DNA of 62,905 nucleotides, counting the filler. It is 5 parts of 5 records of this genome, joined end to end, with 100 filler letters (N's around TTAATTAATTAA, not from the genome) between each part and the next. Parts side by side here need not be neighbours in the genome. Positions count along the whole stretch, not along the records: positions 42,376 to 55,731 come from DRR723986_2303; positions 55,832 to 62,905 come from DRR723986_2309; 3 more parts are not named here. The stretch is one strand, 5' to 3'. A program made the translations under genes and the position numbers. Of this stretch, positions 49,073 through 60,154 are shown one piece after another. The notes under the pieces are model-generated. The model had not been told where the DNA came from, ran no database searches, and saw nothing but the letters and a program-made list of their open reading frames with translations. Within the stretch, counting starts at the first letter, position 1. Each line of letters opens with the position of its first letter.

Positions 49073-50809
49073 ATGACCGACCGCAAACGCCCCGAAGACC
49101 TCCGCTCTGCCCGCTGGTTCGCCCCCGATGATCTGCGCTCCATGGGACATCGGTCCCGTGCCATGCAGATGGGGCTGGACGGCAACGATTGGGAGGGCAA
49201 GCCGGTGATCGCCGTGATCAACACATGGTCCGATCTCTCGCCTTGCCACCACCATCTGCGCGACCGCGCCGAATACGTGAAGAAAGGCGTCTATCAGGCG
49301 GGCGGGATGCCGGTCGAGATGCCGGTGCATTCCTTCTCGGAGCAGTTCCTGAAGCCCACCTCGATGCTCTATCGCAACATGGGCGCGCTCGAGGTCGAGG
49401 AAACCCTGCGCGCGCATCCCATCGACGGGGTCGTGCTGCTGGGCGGCTGCGACAAGTCCACGCCCGCGCTGGTCATGGGTGCGGTCAGCATGGGGCTGCC
49501 CTTCATCTTCCTGCCCGCCGGGGCGATGCTGCGCGGCAATTACGCCGGGCAGAAACTGGGGTCCGGCACCGACGTCTGGAAATACTGGGACGAACGCCGC
49601 GCCGGCACCATCGGCAAGGAGCAATGGGACGGCGTGCAGGGCGGCATCGCGCGCAGCTATGGCACCTGCATGACCATGGGCACCGCCTCGACCATGATGT
49701 CCATCGCCGAAGGCTGGGGCCTGACCCTGCCCGGCGCCTCCTCCATCCCCGCGCCCGATGCGGGACACAAGCGCATGTCGGCGGCCTGCGGGCGGCGCAT
49801 CGTCGACATGGTCTGGGAGGACCTGACGCCATCGAAGATCATGACGTGGGAGTCGACGAAGAACGCCGTCACCGTCGCCATGGCCACGGGCTGCTCGACC
49901 AATGCGATCATCCACCTGATCGCCATGGCGCGGCGCGCGGGCATTCCCCTGACGCTGGAACACCTCGACGAGATCGGCCACACGACGCCGGTGCTGGCGA
50001 ACCTGCGGCCCTCGGGCAAGGAATACCTGATGGAGGATTTCTTCTACGCCGGCGGCCTGCCCGCGCTGATGAAGGAGCTTGGCGACAAGCTGGACCTTTC
50101 CGTCACCACCGTCACGGGCCGCACGCTGGGCGAGGACATCGCAAGCGCGCAGAACTACAACGACGACGTGATCCGCCCGCTGTCGAACCCCGTCTACCAC
50201 GAAGGATCGCTGGCGGTGCTCAAGGGCAACCTCGCACCGGACGGCGCGGTCATCAAGCCCGCCGCCATGGACGCGCGGTTCCAGAAACACAGCGGTCCCG
50301 CCATCGTCGCGGACAGCTATGCCCAGCTGAAAGAGATCATCAACGACGAGGATTACCCCATGACGCCCGACAGCGTGATGGTGCTGCGCAACGCCGGGCC
50401 TCAGGGGGGGCCGGGGATGCCGGAATGGGGCATGATCCCGATGCCCAAGGCGCTGCTTAAACAGGGTCATCGCGACATGCTGCGCCTGTCCGACGCGCGC
50501 ATGTCCGGCACCTCCTACGGGGCCTGCATCCTGCATGTCGCGCCCGAAGCCTTCGTCGGCGGGCCGCTGGCGCTGATCGAGACCGGCGACATCATCGAGA
50601 TCGACGTGCCCAACCGGACCCTGAACGTCCGGCTGACCGAGGACGAGCTTGCCGCCCGCCGCGCCGCGTGGGTTGCGCCCGAACCGCGCTTCGAACGCGG
50701 CTACGGCTACATGTTCTCGAAACATGTCGAGCAAGCGGACAAGGGCTGCGACTTCGACTTCCTGCGGACGGAGTTCGGCGCCCCGGTGCCGGAGCCCGAA
50801 ATCAACTGA
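49073..50809 (+). CDS. IlvD/Edd family sugar-acid dehydratase (L-arabinonate dehydratase AraD-like subgroup)
   Basis: PCH.HLR, GGCDKSTP, CMTMGTASTM, GCSTNA..HL, GP.GGPGMPEWG, SDARMSGTSYG..LHV.PE, GCDFDFL. Confidence 0.93.
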   Translation: MTDRKRPEDLRSARWFAPDDLRSMGHRSRAMQMGLDGNDWEGKPVIAVINTWSDLSPCHHHLRDRAEYVKKGVYQAGGMPVEMPVHSFSEQFLKPTSMLYRNMGALEVEETLRAHPIDGVVLLGGCDKSTPALVMGAVSMGLPFIFLPAGAMLRGNYAGQKLGSGTDVWKYWDERRAGTIGKEQWDGVQGGIARSYGTCMTMGTASTMMSIAEGWGLTLPGASSIPAPDAGHKRMSAACGRRIVDMVWEDLTPSKIMTWESTKNAVTVAMATGCSTNAIIHLIAMARRAGIPLTLEHLDEIGHTTPVLANLRPSGKEYLMEDFFYAGGLPALMKELGDKLDLSVTTVTGRTLGEDIASAQNYNDDVIRPLSNPVYHEGSLAVLKGNLAPDGAVIKPAAMDARFQKHSGPAIVADSYAQLKEIINDEDYPMTPDSVMVLRNAGPQGGPGMPEWGMIPMPKALLKQGHRDMLRLSDARMSGTSYGACILHVAPEAFVGGPLALIETGDIIEIDVPNRTLNVRLTEDELAARRAAWVAPEPRFERGYGYMFSKHVEQADKGCDFDFLRTEFGAPVPEPEIN

Positions 50810-50817
50810 TCTCGCCG

Positions 50818-50856
50818 ATCCCGTCGCGCCGTCCCCTTGTAGACGGGGCGATGGGA
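50818..50856. other. Intergenic hairpin
   Basis: TCCCGTCGCGCCGTC-N8-GACGGGGCGATGGGA directly after the dehydratase stop; no U tract. Confidence 0.5.
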
Positions 50857-50990
50857 CACGCGTGTCAAAGTCCGCAAACCGCCGTGCAACGATCTCGACG
50901 AGATCCGCGACGGCCTGATACATCCATGCCACCGGCCCCGCCCGGGCCCCTTTCCATCCGAACCCGCACAGGAAACCTTCGGAGCCTTCC

Positions 50991-51893
50991 ATGACGCATG
51001 ACCTGACCCGCGCCCTGAGGGGCGTGTCCGGCATCCTCGCCACGCCCTTCGACGAAGCCGGAGAAATCGCGCCCGACCTGCAACGCGCCATCGTCGAGCG
51101 CGCGGTGGAGGCGGGTGTCCACGTCCTGACCGCGAACGGCAACACCGGAGAGTTCCATGCCTTGACCCTCGAAGAGGCGATGGCCATGGTCCATGCCAGC
51201 GGCGATCACATCGACGACCGCGTGCCCATGGTGGCGGGCGTGGGCCGTGGTGTGCGGGACGCGCAGGCGCTGGCCGAAGCCTCGGGCCTCGCGGGCGCGG
51301 CGGCGCTGATGATCCACCAGCCGCCCGACCCCTTCGTGGCGCCGCGCGGGCTGGTCCATTACGTCGAGGCGGTGCGCGAGGCAGGCGACGGCCTGCCGCT
51401 GATCCTTTACCTGCGCAACGACACCATCGGCACCGACGCGATCCGCGCGCTCTGCGAGGTCGAGGGCGTCGTGGGCGTCAAATGGGCCACGCCCAACCCG
51501 ATGAAACTGAAGGCCGCCATGGCCGCCGCCCCCGACCACATCACATGGACCGGCGGGCTGGCCGAGGTCTGGGCGCCCGCCTTCTACGCGGTGGGCGCGC
51601 GGGGATTCACCTCTGGCCTCATCAACGTCTGGCCCGAACGCTCGGTCGCGATCAACACCGCGCTGGAAGGCGGCGATTTCGAGGAAGCCCGGGCGCTGAT
51701 CGCCGAGATGCAGGTCTTCGAAGACATCCGCGCCGAGGAACAGGGCGGCGCCAACGTTTCCGGCGTCAAGGCGGCGCTGCAATTGATGGGCGAGGACTGC
51801 GGCGCCGTCCGCCCGCCTGCCGCTTGGCCGCTGAGCGACGGCCAGATGCGTCGCCTGACCACCTTCATGACGGACGCCGGCTTGATCCCCTAG
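50991..51893 (+). CDS. DHDPS/NAL family lyase (KDG-dehydratase-like)
   Basis: TPF, NGNTGEF..L, LYLR, Schiff-base Lys in GVKWA, GFTSGLINV.P. Confidence 0.88.
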   Translation: MTHDLTRALRGVSGILATPFDEAGEIAPDLQRAIVERAVEAGVHVLTANGNTGEFHALTLEEAMAMVHASGDHIDDRVPMVAGVGRGVRDAQALAEASGLAGAAALMIHQPPDPFVAPRGLVHYVEAVREAGDGLPLILYLRNDTIGTDAIRALCEVEGVVGVKWATPNPMKLKAAMAAAPDHITWTGGLAEVWAPAFYAVGARGFTSGLINVWPERSVAINTALEGGDFEEARALIAEMQVFEDIRAEEQGGANVSGVKAALQLMGEDCGAVRPPAAWPLSDGQMRRLTTFMTDAGLIP

Positions 51894-51940
51894 GGCAGCC
51901 GCGCCGAGACAAACCCCTCTGACATCACAAGGACGACCCC

Positions 51941-52660
51941 ATGACCGACGTCAAACCCGAGACCATCGAGAAACTGCGTGACGTATCCGTCGCGACCTTG
52001 GCGACCGCCCTGTTCAAGCGCGGCCTACGCGGCCAGGTGATCCAGGATGTGCGCCCGGTGAAACCCAAGGGCCGCAACATGGTCGGCCCCGCCTTCACCC
52101 TGCGCTACATCCCGGCCCGCGAAGACCGCAACCAGCTGTCGGAGTTCCGCAAGCCCGACCACCCGCAGCGCCACGCGATAGAGACCTGCCCGCCGGGCCA
52201 TGTCCTCGTGATGGACAGCCGCCGCGATGCCACGATGGCCAGCGCGGGCGACATCCTCATCACCCGGCTGATGATGCGCGGCGCCGAGGGGATCGTCACC
52301 GACGGCGGCTTTCGCGACGCGATGAACGTGGGCGAGTTGGACATGCCCGCCTATCACAACCGGCCGTCGTCGCCCACGAACCTCACCAACAACGAGGCCA
52401 TCGCGATCAATGACCCGATCGGCTGCGGCGACGCGCCAGTCTTTCCGGGCGACATCCTCGTGGGCGACGACGACAGCGTGATCGTGATCCCGGCCCATAT
52501 CGCGGACGAGATCGCCGACGAGGCCGTCGAGATGACCGCCTACGAGGATTTCGCCATCGAGCAGGTCCGGAACGGCGAGACGATCATCGGCCTCTACCCC
52601 GCCACGAAGGAAGAGAACCTCGACCGCTTCAAGGCGTGGCGGCTGAAGAACGGACGCTGA
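51941..52660 (+). CDS. RraA-like / HMG-CHA aldolase family protein
   Basis: MVGPAFTLRYIPARED, AGDIL..RL..RG..G.VTDGGFRD, V.PGD..VGD.D.V.VIP. Confidence 0.88.
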   Translation: MTDVKPETIEKLRDVSVATLATALFKRGLRGQVIQDVRPVKPKGRNMVGPAFTLRYIPAREDRNQLSEFRKPDHPQRHAIETCPPGHVLVMDSRRDATMASAGDILITRLMMRGAEGIVTDGGFRDAMNVGELDMPAYHNRPSSPTNLTNNEAIAINDPIGCGDAPVFPGDILVGDDDSVIVIPAHIADEIADEAVEMTAYEDFAIEQVRNGETIIGLYPATKEENLDRFKAWRLKNGR

Positions 52661-52859
52661 GGCATGGCCACCGCCGTGATCCGTCCGCGGCAGATCGTCC
52701 CGACTATGGTCGCGCGAGAGGACATGGCGGTCGGATCATGGAGCGCAAGCGGGGGCCTGACCGCCCTTGCCTGCGTCCCATCCAAACGCCGGGCGGCCTG
52801 CAAGATGGCCGCTCGGGGCAGGACAGGCACGCCCCCGTGCCCCCAAGCAGGTGCCTTTC

Positions 52860-54272
52860 ATGAGTGAGAACGGACCGTCCGGCCAGCCGCGCCCCCTGCT
52901 GGCCGCGCTGTTGCTGGCCGTCGGGCTACTGGAGCTTGCCGCGCGTTTTCTCGGCTCGGACAGCCTGCAGCAGCTGGCATGGGCCTTGGTCCTGACGGTC
53001 GTCGTGCTGGGCACACGGCAGGCAAGCCTGCGCGAAGTCTACCTGTTGTGCGCCAGCGCCGCGCTGAGCCTGCTGGTGCTCTTCACCCAGCCGGACCCGC
53101 TGGTCGTGCTCGCCGGAGCCATGGACCAAGCGGTCTTTCTCATGGCCTTCATCCTGCTGCTGGGACTTCTTCAGGCCACCGCGCGCTCTTCTCCTTCGAT
53201 CGCCGTGCTGGGCGAATACCTGACACGGCAGCCCCCCGGGCGGCGCTACATCGCGTTGTCCGGCGGCACCTCGCTTCTGGCCGTCCTCTTCAACCTTGGC
53301 GTCGTCAGCTTTCTCGTGCCGTTGATCCAGCAAGGCATCCACCGCGCCGGAGCAGAGGACGGGCTGAACCCGGTCCGCGAGCAGCGACAGCTTTCGGCCC
53401 TGCTGCGCGGCTTCGCCTGGAGCGTGACATGGTCGCCCACCGCCTTCGCGCCCCTGATCGTGGCCGAGCTGATGCCCGGGGTCGAGCGCACGGCGTGGAT
53501 CGGCTACGGCTTTGCCCTGTTCCTGCTGCTGATGGCGCTCGGCGCGCTCGAGGACAAGATCCGCTTTCGCGCCTACCGCCCCAGCGGCGCGCGCCGGCTG
53601 ATGGCCTTTCCGCGCACGGCCGCCCTGCGCTTTCTTGCGACGACCGGCTGGTTCCTGTTGCTTGTCGTGCTCTTCGTCGAGCTCTTGGACGAATCCATCG
53701 TCTTCGGCGTACTCGCCGCCTGCCCGGTGATGATGGTGGGCTGGCTGACCGCCCAGATCGGCCTGCGCACGCCGGACCTTCGGCAAGGGCTGACCAACAG
53801 GCTGCGCGCGCTGATCGTCGAGGAACTGCCCGGCTCGCTCAACGTGGCCATCACTCTGGCCTGCTCGGGGTTCATCGGTCGGGCGGCGGCGGGGCTGACC
53901 CCGGCGGCAGAAGTCGCGGCGTTTCTGGGGCTGGGCGCCATGCCGGACTGGGTGCTGCTGTCGACCATTCCCCTCTTCATCGCGCTGGTCAGCCTGCTGG
54001 CCTTGTCGCCGACAATGATGGCGGTCTTCATGGGCTCCTTCTTCGCGGCCCTGCCGGAGATGCCGGCCGATGCCACGCTTCTGGCCTTCTCGATCTCCTG
54101 CGGATGGGCACTGTCGATGACCTTTTCGCCCTTCGCCACCGTGGTTCTGGTGATCGCCCGATCCTCGGGCATACCCGGAACGCGCCTGACCTGGGGCTGG
54201 AACCTGAGCTTCACGCTTCTGGCCGCCGTCGTACTCGTGCCGCTGTTCCTCCTCCTGACCGGAGCGCGCTGA
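52860..54272 (+). CDS. Multi-pass membrane protein, putative secondary transporter of unknown family
   Basis: About 12 hydrophobic segments with LN.G, RGF....WSP and SPF motifs. Start placed at ATG 52860. Confidence 0.7.
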   Translation: MSENGPSGQPRPLLAALLLAVGLLELAARFLGSDSLQQLAWALVLTVVVLGTRQASLREVYLLCASAALSLLVLFTQPDPLVVLAGAMDQAVFLMAFILLLGLLQATARSSPSIAVLGEYLTRQPPGRRYIALSGGTSLLAVLFNLGVVSFLVPLIQQGIHRAGAEDGLNPVREQRQLSALLRGFAWSVTWSPTAFAPLIVAELMPGVERTAWIGYGFALFLLLMALGALEDKIRFRAYRPSGARRLMAFPRTAALRFLATTGWFLLLVVLFVELLDESIVFGVLAACPVMMVGWLTAQIGLRTPDLRQGLTNRLRALIVEELPGSLNVAITLACSGFIGRAAAGLTPAAEVAAFLGLGAMPDWVLLSTIPLFIALVSLLALSPTMMAVFMGSFFAALPEMPADATLLAFSISCGWALSMTFSPFATVVLVIARSSGIPGTRLTWGWNLSFTLLAAVVLVPLFLLLTGAR

Positions 54273-54326
54273 GCGCAGGGCGAAGAACCGATGCACCTTG
54301 GCGCGGAAAGGCATTAGACTGCCCCC

Positions 54327-55082
54327 GTGATGATCCTGCGTTCCCTGCTCCTCCTCCTTCTGGTCGCCGCCATATCCATCGCGGCAACCGTCGCCTTCGG
54401 AGAACGTATCCTGCTCGCGCTCGGCTTCCTGCTGCTGCAGGCGAAGGTCCTCGCGTCAAAGCTCTGGTCCCTGAGCCTGTCCGAGATCACCGCTTGGATC
54501 AAACTTCACGGCACGGCCTTCTTCCGCAAGGACCTCTTGATGAAGTGGCTGACGTCCTACGCGGCCCCGCTGCTTCTGGGCAAGGCGATCTACCGCCGCC
54601 TGGCCCTGTGGATCGGCGCCGCGCGCAGGGCCGTCGCGGATCGCTACGCCGTGCTCATGGGCTGGTACGACGAACGGGGATCGGCGGAAAAGGCGATCCT
54701 CGCCCTGATCGTGCTGGTTGCGACCCTCGGGCTTTCCGTCACCTCGCTGGGCCTGTGGCTCATCCTCTTCTCGGTGAAACTGCCGATCTGGGTGATCTCG
54801 GTCGCTCTGGCCGCGCTGAAGGGGCTTTGGGTCAACGTGCAGAAGACCCTTTTCCGCACGCTCGCCTTCCTGCAGCTCGGGTGGCTCTGGCGCTGGATCC
54901 GCCCGCTGGTTCCCGCGCGCTGGCTCGCCTGGAAACGGCGGGTCGACTACCGGATCGCGCGCTCGGTCGTAAGGCGGCGTCGCATGACGGTCCAGCAATT
55001 GGCGGCCCGCAAGGACCGGCTGCCGTTCCGACTGGGGGTCATGATCGAATGGCTGTTTCAACCGCCCGGGCGCACGCGTTGA
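54327..55082 (+). CDS. Hypothetical membrane protein
   Basis: GC3-rich codons, several hydrophobic segments, Arg-rich C-terminus. Confidence 0.65.
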   Translation: MMILRSLLLLLLVAAISIAATVAFGERILLALGFLLLQAKVLASKLWSLSLSEITAWIKLHGTAFFRKDLLMKWLTSYAAPLLLGKAIYRRLALWIGAARRAVADRYAVLMGWYDERGSAEKAILALIVLVATLGLSVTSLGLWLILFSVKLPIWVISVALAALKGLWVNVQKTLFRTLAFLQLGWLWRWIRPLVPARWLAWKRRVDYRIARSVVRRRRMTVQQLAARKDRLPFRLGVMIEWLFQPPGRTR

Positions 55083-55731
55083 GTCAGCGTCACTGTCGCG
55101 CCAGCGTGGCGGTTTCGGCCCCGCCTTCGAGGTCTTTTTGAAAGAGCCACTGCCAGAGCGCCCAACCTGCGGCGGCCAGGCCGGCGACGCCCATGGCGTA
55201 TTTTGCGAAAAGGTAAAGCCATCATGTCGACAGCGACACCGGTATCCACGTCTCCGGGTCTTGCCGCAGCAGAAAGAGAGGGCTCCCATCGCCACGTTGG
55301 ACACCGACGACAACGTCGCCGATCCAGACGTGGAGTGCGATCTGAACGGCAAACAGCCCCCAAAACCAGACCGCAAGGCTCCGCTTCATTGCCCTTCCCC
55401 CGTGACAGCCAATCCGTCTTGAACAAGGATCCCGCAAATCCATTGCACGGTTCCGCACGCGTTGCGGCAGGTCTGGTATACGGACTTGAGGTGGTATCCT
55501 GTGCACCAACGCAAGCAACTGGCATTCTCGATCGCGACCACCGAGGGTAACCGGCAACCACCCGGGCGCTTGCAGTGGGCCTTTCGGCTTTCTGCAAGCT
55601 CATCCTCTTAGCCTGCGTCGGCCTACCTCTGCTTATCTTGTCCCGTTGCTCCAGCTTCGCCGCAGTCCTGCGCCGTCTGCTCCGTGTATCCCCTGTCCGC
55701 CAACGCCAAACGCCCCGCGAGTTTTGGCTCG

Positions 55732-55831
55732 NNNNNNNNNNNNNNNNNNNNNNNNNNNNNNNNNNNNNNNNNNNNTTAATTAATTAANNNNNNNNNNNNN
55801 NNNNNNNNNNNNNNNNNNNNNNNNNNNNNNN
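55732..55831. other. Artificial contig-joining spacer
   Basis: N-run with TTAATTAATTAA. Confidence 0.98.
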
Positions 55832-56308
55832 TTTGGCGGCGATATAGGGCGGCAAGGGCATTGCGCCGGCCTCGTTCAATGCAGCGTCGAAATCGCTGCC
55901 TGACAGGTTGAAACGCAGGCGCAACCCGGCCTCCAGCCCGACCACGTCGGCGGACAGGTCGTCGCTGAAATTCACCGTTTCACCAAGCGCCAGCTTGCGC
56001 AGCGGCTTGGCCAGTGCCGACCAGCTGCCATCAGCCTGTGGTTCCAGAAGCGTGACCTCGACCTTCGCCGACACACGCCCCTGCTGGCTGTCTCGCCAGC
56101 GCTGACCGAACAGCCGCGCGGGGATCACCTTGGTGTCGTTCAGGATCAGCCGATCGCCGTCGCGCAACAGCTCTGGCAGATCCGAGACGCGCAGATCTTG
56201 CATAAGATCGCCCACGACATGCAGCAACCGCGCGGATGACCGGGGCTTTGCCGGCCGCGTCGCGATCAGCCCCTCGGGCAGGTCGAAATCGAAATCATCG
56301 AGGGTCAT
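55832..56308 (-). CDS. queA: S-adenosylmethionine:tRNA ribosyltransferase-isomerase (3'-truncated at gap)
   Basis: [38 protein letters not shown]. Confidence 0.95.
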
Positions 56309-59300
56309 TCTGCTGGCTCCGGTGGCGGTCGGCGAAAGATTTCCCGGAAGATTCCGGGGGTCAGCACCGAGAGAGGGTTGACCGAGACGTTACTGTCCTC
56401 GGGCGTGCCCGTCAGACGGTAAGTGAATCCGAACAGCCCCTCGCGGCGCGGCGTGAATAACCCGCCAACCAGCCCGTTGACCACATATAAAGGTGATACC
56501 ACGCCCTCGAAATCATAATAGCGGGATTGCAGGTTGTAGACCCCATCCAGCGACAGCCCCATTGACGCGCCAAGCGCGGTGCCTTCCTGAATGGCCAACA
56601 CATTGGGCGTCAGGGTAAAGGCCACCCGCACCTCCCCCAGGGCGATGCCTTCACCGGTAAACATCTGATCCAGCAGTCCGACAACGGATATTGCGCTCAG
56701 AAGTTCGGCAATGGCGGGCGCGTTGCGCAGGCGCGGGTTATCGATGGTCAGAAGTCCCGAATACTGGCCTTCGCCCGGGCGCGGCCTGAGGATCAGGTCC
56801 ATCGCGCCGCCATAAGCATTCGGATAGATCCCCGCCGCGCGCAGGACAGCCCCGCCATCACCGGACCGCAGCCGCAGGGCGGTGCCATCCGTTTCGCCCA
56901 GAATGGTTCCGTTCACGGGAACCGCGCCCCCCATCAGGCCCCGGAATTCGCCGCTGATCGGGCTGCCGGCCAGTTCCGCGCGCAGATCTGTCAGGAAGAT
57001 GCTGTCGGTGATCTCGAACCGGTCCAACCGGATGTTGAGCGGCAGGCTCTGGCCGCCCGATCCGCCGCTGCCCGTGGGCAGCCCGCGCAAGTCAGCGGTT
57101 CCGCCCGAGATCACCACCTCTGGGGTCTGGCCCGGCCCGCGCGCCACCAACGCACCCGAAACATCCAGCCAGTCGGAGACGCTCAGGCGGGAAATCTCCA
57201 GCCGCTCGAATTGCCGTTCATCGCTGATCTGAACAGCCCCTTCCAGCGTCAGCCCGTTACCTGATATGTCCAGTCTCGGCACATCGGGGGTTTCGCCAAG
57301 GGTCAGATCGACCTCCAACCGGCCCCTGCTGGCGGCGGGCAGCGACCAGCCAAGCGCCGGGATACTTAGGCCAAGACCGGCAAGGTCCGATACGACCGAG
57401 AGGCGCGGCGGTCGGCCACGATCGAGTGACAGTTGAAAATCCGCCTCCGTCCGCCCGATCAACATGCCATCGGGCAGGACAACCCCAAATTCCGCCAGTG
57501 TCTCGGGTGTCAGGGTGGCACGCCCGTCCACGGTGCTGGCGGGGGTGCTGTCAGGACCAAGGGCCCGACGCCAGGTAGCATCTGCCATAAGCCCATCCAG
57601 TCGCGCCGGGCCGCCGATGGAAAGGCTTTCATTGTCGGCGACAATCTGGAGAGCGGCAGCGCGCAAGACCCTGCCGGGCAGGAACTCCGACGATCTGACA
57701 TTGCGCAAGGTGCCGCCGATCCGGAAGGTCACGTCCTGAGGTTGAATCCGGGGGCGCAGTTCCATCGCAAGGGTCACGTCGAGATCCACCCGTCCACTTG
57801 CCACGGCGCCGGGGTCGTAGGGAAACTGGTCAAGCAGGTTGAAAGGATCGGCGCCGATCAGTGTCATGGCAGAGGACACCGGCCCATTGATCTGAAGGTC
57901 GAAGGTCGCAGGCGAATGCCTGATGCGGGTATCCGCAAGGCGCATCTGGCTGCCGGACAGGTCCAGCACGCCACCGTTCGGCGCTGTCAAACGTCCTTCA
58001 TGCATGGACAGCGTCATGACATTGCGCGAGATATCCATGTAGCCGCGCCCCTGTTCGATCGGGGCCATGCCGCGCACGGCGCGCACCTCTGCCCCTTCGA
58101 AATCGAAAGTCAGGCCGAATTGGGGGTCAGACCCAGGGGCAATGCGCAGGCCCGCATGGGCGTTTCGCACGGTGCCCGCCACAACGTTTTCGATCAACCA
58201 GTCGCGGGTGTTGGGGATCTGCGAAACGGGCCAGAGCGGCATGACCCTCAGCACATCCAGCTGCGGGATTTCTGCGTCGAGCCGGACAGCAAGCCCATCC
58301 TCCCGCGCCGCGACGTGACCACGGGCGGTCAGGTGCAGACCTTCGTCAAACAGCACCACCTGCCCGAAGTCGATGGCCACGAAGGGAAAAAGCTGCAATC
58401 GCAGGTCCATGGCACCGCCGTCGAACCTGACCGGTGCCTCGAACAGACCCGGCGGATCGGCGATGATATGGCTGATCTGAAGCTGAGACACATAGACCGG
58501 CCCATCCAGCAAGCTTGCATGACCACTGATGCTTGCCGACAGTGCAGGGGAATCGACGGTAAGATCCTCGATCCACATGCGGGCGTCTGCGGCGTTGTAG
58601 TCGAAGGCAAGGGTCAGCGCGTTCAGCGGCAAGGGCGCCACCCCGCCGCCGGGGTCCACCAGCCCGGCCCCGACGTCCAGCTCGCCGGTCAGGGTGCCGA
58701 CGGTGGCATCATCAAAGAGGGTCGTGGACAGACGGCCCGAAAGGGGCGCGTCGATCAGTGTCAGCCATGTCAGCGCATCGGACACAGAGGCCAGATCGTC
58801 GCTTTGCAGGTTGTCGAACGCGGCGGAAAATTCGGTCTCACCGGCTTCGGCGCGGCGGGTGAACGTCAGCTCCAGCCCGCTTTCTTCGGCGCCTTCCAAC
58901 TGGCCCGAGACCGACAGGATCAGCGCCTCGCCCTCCGGAACAAGTTCCAGGGTCGCGCCGGTAATGCGCGTGGTTTCACCGCTGCGGGCATCGTCTATGT
59001 TCAGCGTGATATCCTCACCTACCACCCTTAGCAGCCGCGAAAACACCGTCTGCTGGAACATCCGGTCTATGCCCGCGAGGGTCTGGGCCAGATCGCGCGC
59101 CTCGCCGGTATCGGCCCCGGTGAAGGCCAGGTCGAAGCTGCCGTCCTCATCGCGCCGGATGCGTAACCCGGCACCGCCGACAAACACCTGACGTGGCCGC
59201 ATTTCCCCGCGGAGCGCTGCCGCGCGGTCAAGTTCGACCTCCAGCAACGGAAAAACAACGCGGGGGCGATCACCATCGCGAAGCTGCATGTCTGTGAACC

Positions 59301-59571
59301 GGATACGGGGTTGCAGGTTGCCGCGTGACAGAGACAGCCCCACCTCGCCCAAGGTGACCAGCCCGCCGGGCATCGACGCATCTATGGCGGCCTCGATCCG
59401 CGCCCGCGACCAGTCTGGCAAGGGCAGCGATCTGCCATTGGGCGGAAACGCCAGCAGCAGGATCCCCGCCGCAGCGAACAGGATGACCAGCGTCAGACCA
59501 CGCACAAGCCAGCGCAGGGGGCCTCGTCGCCTTGGGCGGCGCGGCTCTGGTTCTGGGCCGGTGTCTGACAT
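56305..59571 (-). CDS. AsmA-like / YhdP (DUF3971) bridge-type envelope protein
   Basis: N-terminal TM anchor, long beta-rich body, WP......R.W...N..G, C-terminal G..SP.Y..N...EGLFGF.Y.L.G....V.VNPLS.LTPG.FREIF. Confidence 0.87.
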   Translation of the reverse strand: MSDTGPEPEPRRPRRRGPLRWLVRGLTLVILFAAAGILLLAFPPNGRSLPLPDWSRARIEAAIDASMPGGLVTLGEVGLSLSRGNLQPRIRFTDMQLRDGDRPRVVFPLLEVELDRAAALRGEMRPRQVFVGGAGLRIRRDEDGSFDLAFTGADTGEARDLAQTLAGIDRMFQQTVFSRLLRVVGEDITLNIDDARSGETTRITGATLELVPEGEALILSVSGQLEGAEESGLELTFTRRAEAGETEFSAAFDNLQSDDLASVSDALTWLTLIDAPLSGRLSTTLFDDATVGTLTGELDVGAGLVDPGGGVAPLPLNALTLAFDYNAADARMWIEDLTVDSPALSASISGHASLLDGPVYVSQLQISHIIADPPGLFEAPVRFDGGAMDLRLQLFPFVAIDFGQVVLFDEGLHLTARGHVAAREDGLAVRLDAEIPQLDVLRVMPLWPVSQIPNTRDWLIENVVAGTVRNAHAGLRIAPGSDPQFGLTFDFEGAEVRAVRGMAPIEQGRGYMDISRNVMTLSMHEGRLTAPNGGVLDLSGSQMRLADTRIRHSPATFDLQINGPVSSAMTLIGADPFNLLDQFPYDPGAVASGRVDLDVTLAMELRPRIQPQDVTFRIGGTLRNVRSSEFLPGRVLRAAALQIVADNESLSIGGPARLDGLMADATWRRALGPDSTPASTVDGRATLTPETLAEFGVVLPDGMLIGRTEADFQLSLDRGRPPRLSVVSDLAGLGLSIPALGWSLPAASRGRLEVDLTLGETPDVPRLDISGNGLTLEGAVQISDERQFERLEISRLSVSDWLDVSGALVARGPGQTPEVVISGGTADLRGLPTGSGGSGGQSLPLNIRLDRFEITDSIFLTDLRAELAGSPISGEFRGLMGGAVPVNGTILGETDGTALRLRSGDGGAVLRAAGIYPNAYGGAMDLILRPRPGEGQYSGLLTIDNPRLRNAPAIAELLSAISVVGLLDQMFTGEGIALGEVRVAFTLTPNVLAIQEGTALGASMGLSLDGVYNLQSRYYDFEGVVSPLYVVNGLVGGLFTPRREGLFGFTYRLTGTPEDSNVSVNPLSVLTPGIFREIFRRPPPEPAE

Positions 59572-59692
59572 GATGTCTGTGCGCTCGGTCTGCCGAAGGG
59601 ATGCGGTCGGTTTCAGGGTTTATCTTCGCCGGATTTACCCTAGCTTGCAAATCGCCGATAGCAGATTCCCGCCGATACCGAAGGAGCGCCCC

Positions 59693-60154
59693 ATGATTGA
59701 TGCAGGCCAGACCGCCCCCGATTTCACTCTGCCCCGCGATGGCGGCAACGATGTCACCTTGTCTTCGCTGAACGGCGGACCTGTGGTCCTGTACTTCTAC
59801 CCGCGCGACGACACCCCCGGCTGCACTACCGAAGCCAATGATTTCACCGCCATGCTGCCGGAGTTTCAGGCCGCTGGCGCCACGGTGATCGGCGTCTCAA
59901 AGGACACGGTCGCCAAGCACGAGAAATTCATCGCCAAGCATGATCTTGGCGTGATCCTTGTCTCGGATGCCGAGGGCGACCTGTGCGAACGCTATGGCAC
60001 ATGGGTGGAAAAGAACATGTATGGCAAGAAAAGCATGGGCATCCAGCGCGCGACGTTCCTGATTGATGCAGGTGGCGTTGTGGCCCGTGTCTGGCCCAAG
60101 GTGAAGGTGGCCGGCCACGCGGCAGAGGTGCTGGAGGCCGTGAAGGCGCTGTGA
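59693..60154 (+). CDS. bcp: Peroxiredoxin Bcp
   Basis: APDFTL, VLYFYPRDDTPGCTTEA, RATFLID. ATG follows AAGGAG. Confidence 0.94.
   Translation: MIDAGQTAPDFTLPRDGGNDVTLSSLNGGPVVLYFYPRDDTPGCTTEANDFTAMLPEFQAAGATVIGVSKDTVAKHEKFIAKHDLGVILVSDAEGDLCERYGTWVEKNMYGKKSMGIQRATFLIDAGGVVARVWPKVKVAGHAAEVLEAVKAL

Noticed and set aside
45631..51187. Very long antisense ORFs (1098 aa, 748 aa), and similar ones at 21283-23295, 23329-24747, 1419-2900 and 61246-62898, plus the out-of-frame 52979-55141
   Set aside because: Shadow frames of well-supported high-GC genes, with no recognisable motifs.
49073..52660. Calling the cluster a sulfo-Entner-Doudoroff or arabinose pathway
   Set aside because: Sulfoquinovosidase, sugar dehydrogenase, lactonase and aldehyde dehydrogenase genes are absent; the substrate cannot be assigned from sequence.
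59288..59692. N-terminal extensions in the ORF track (bcp, metF, sahR, FAD oxidase, GntR, M23)
   Set aside because: They overlap neighbouring genes or operators; downstream starts with RBSs fit the family N-termini.
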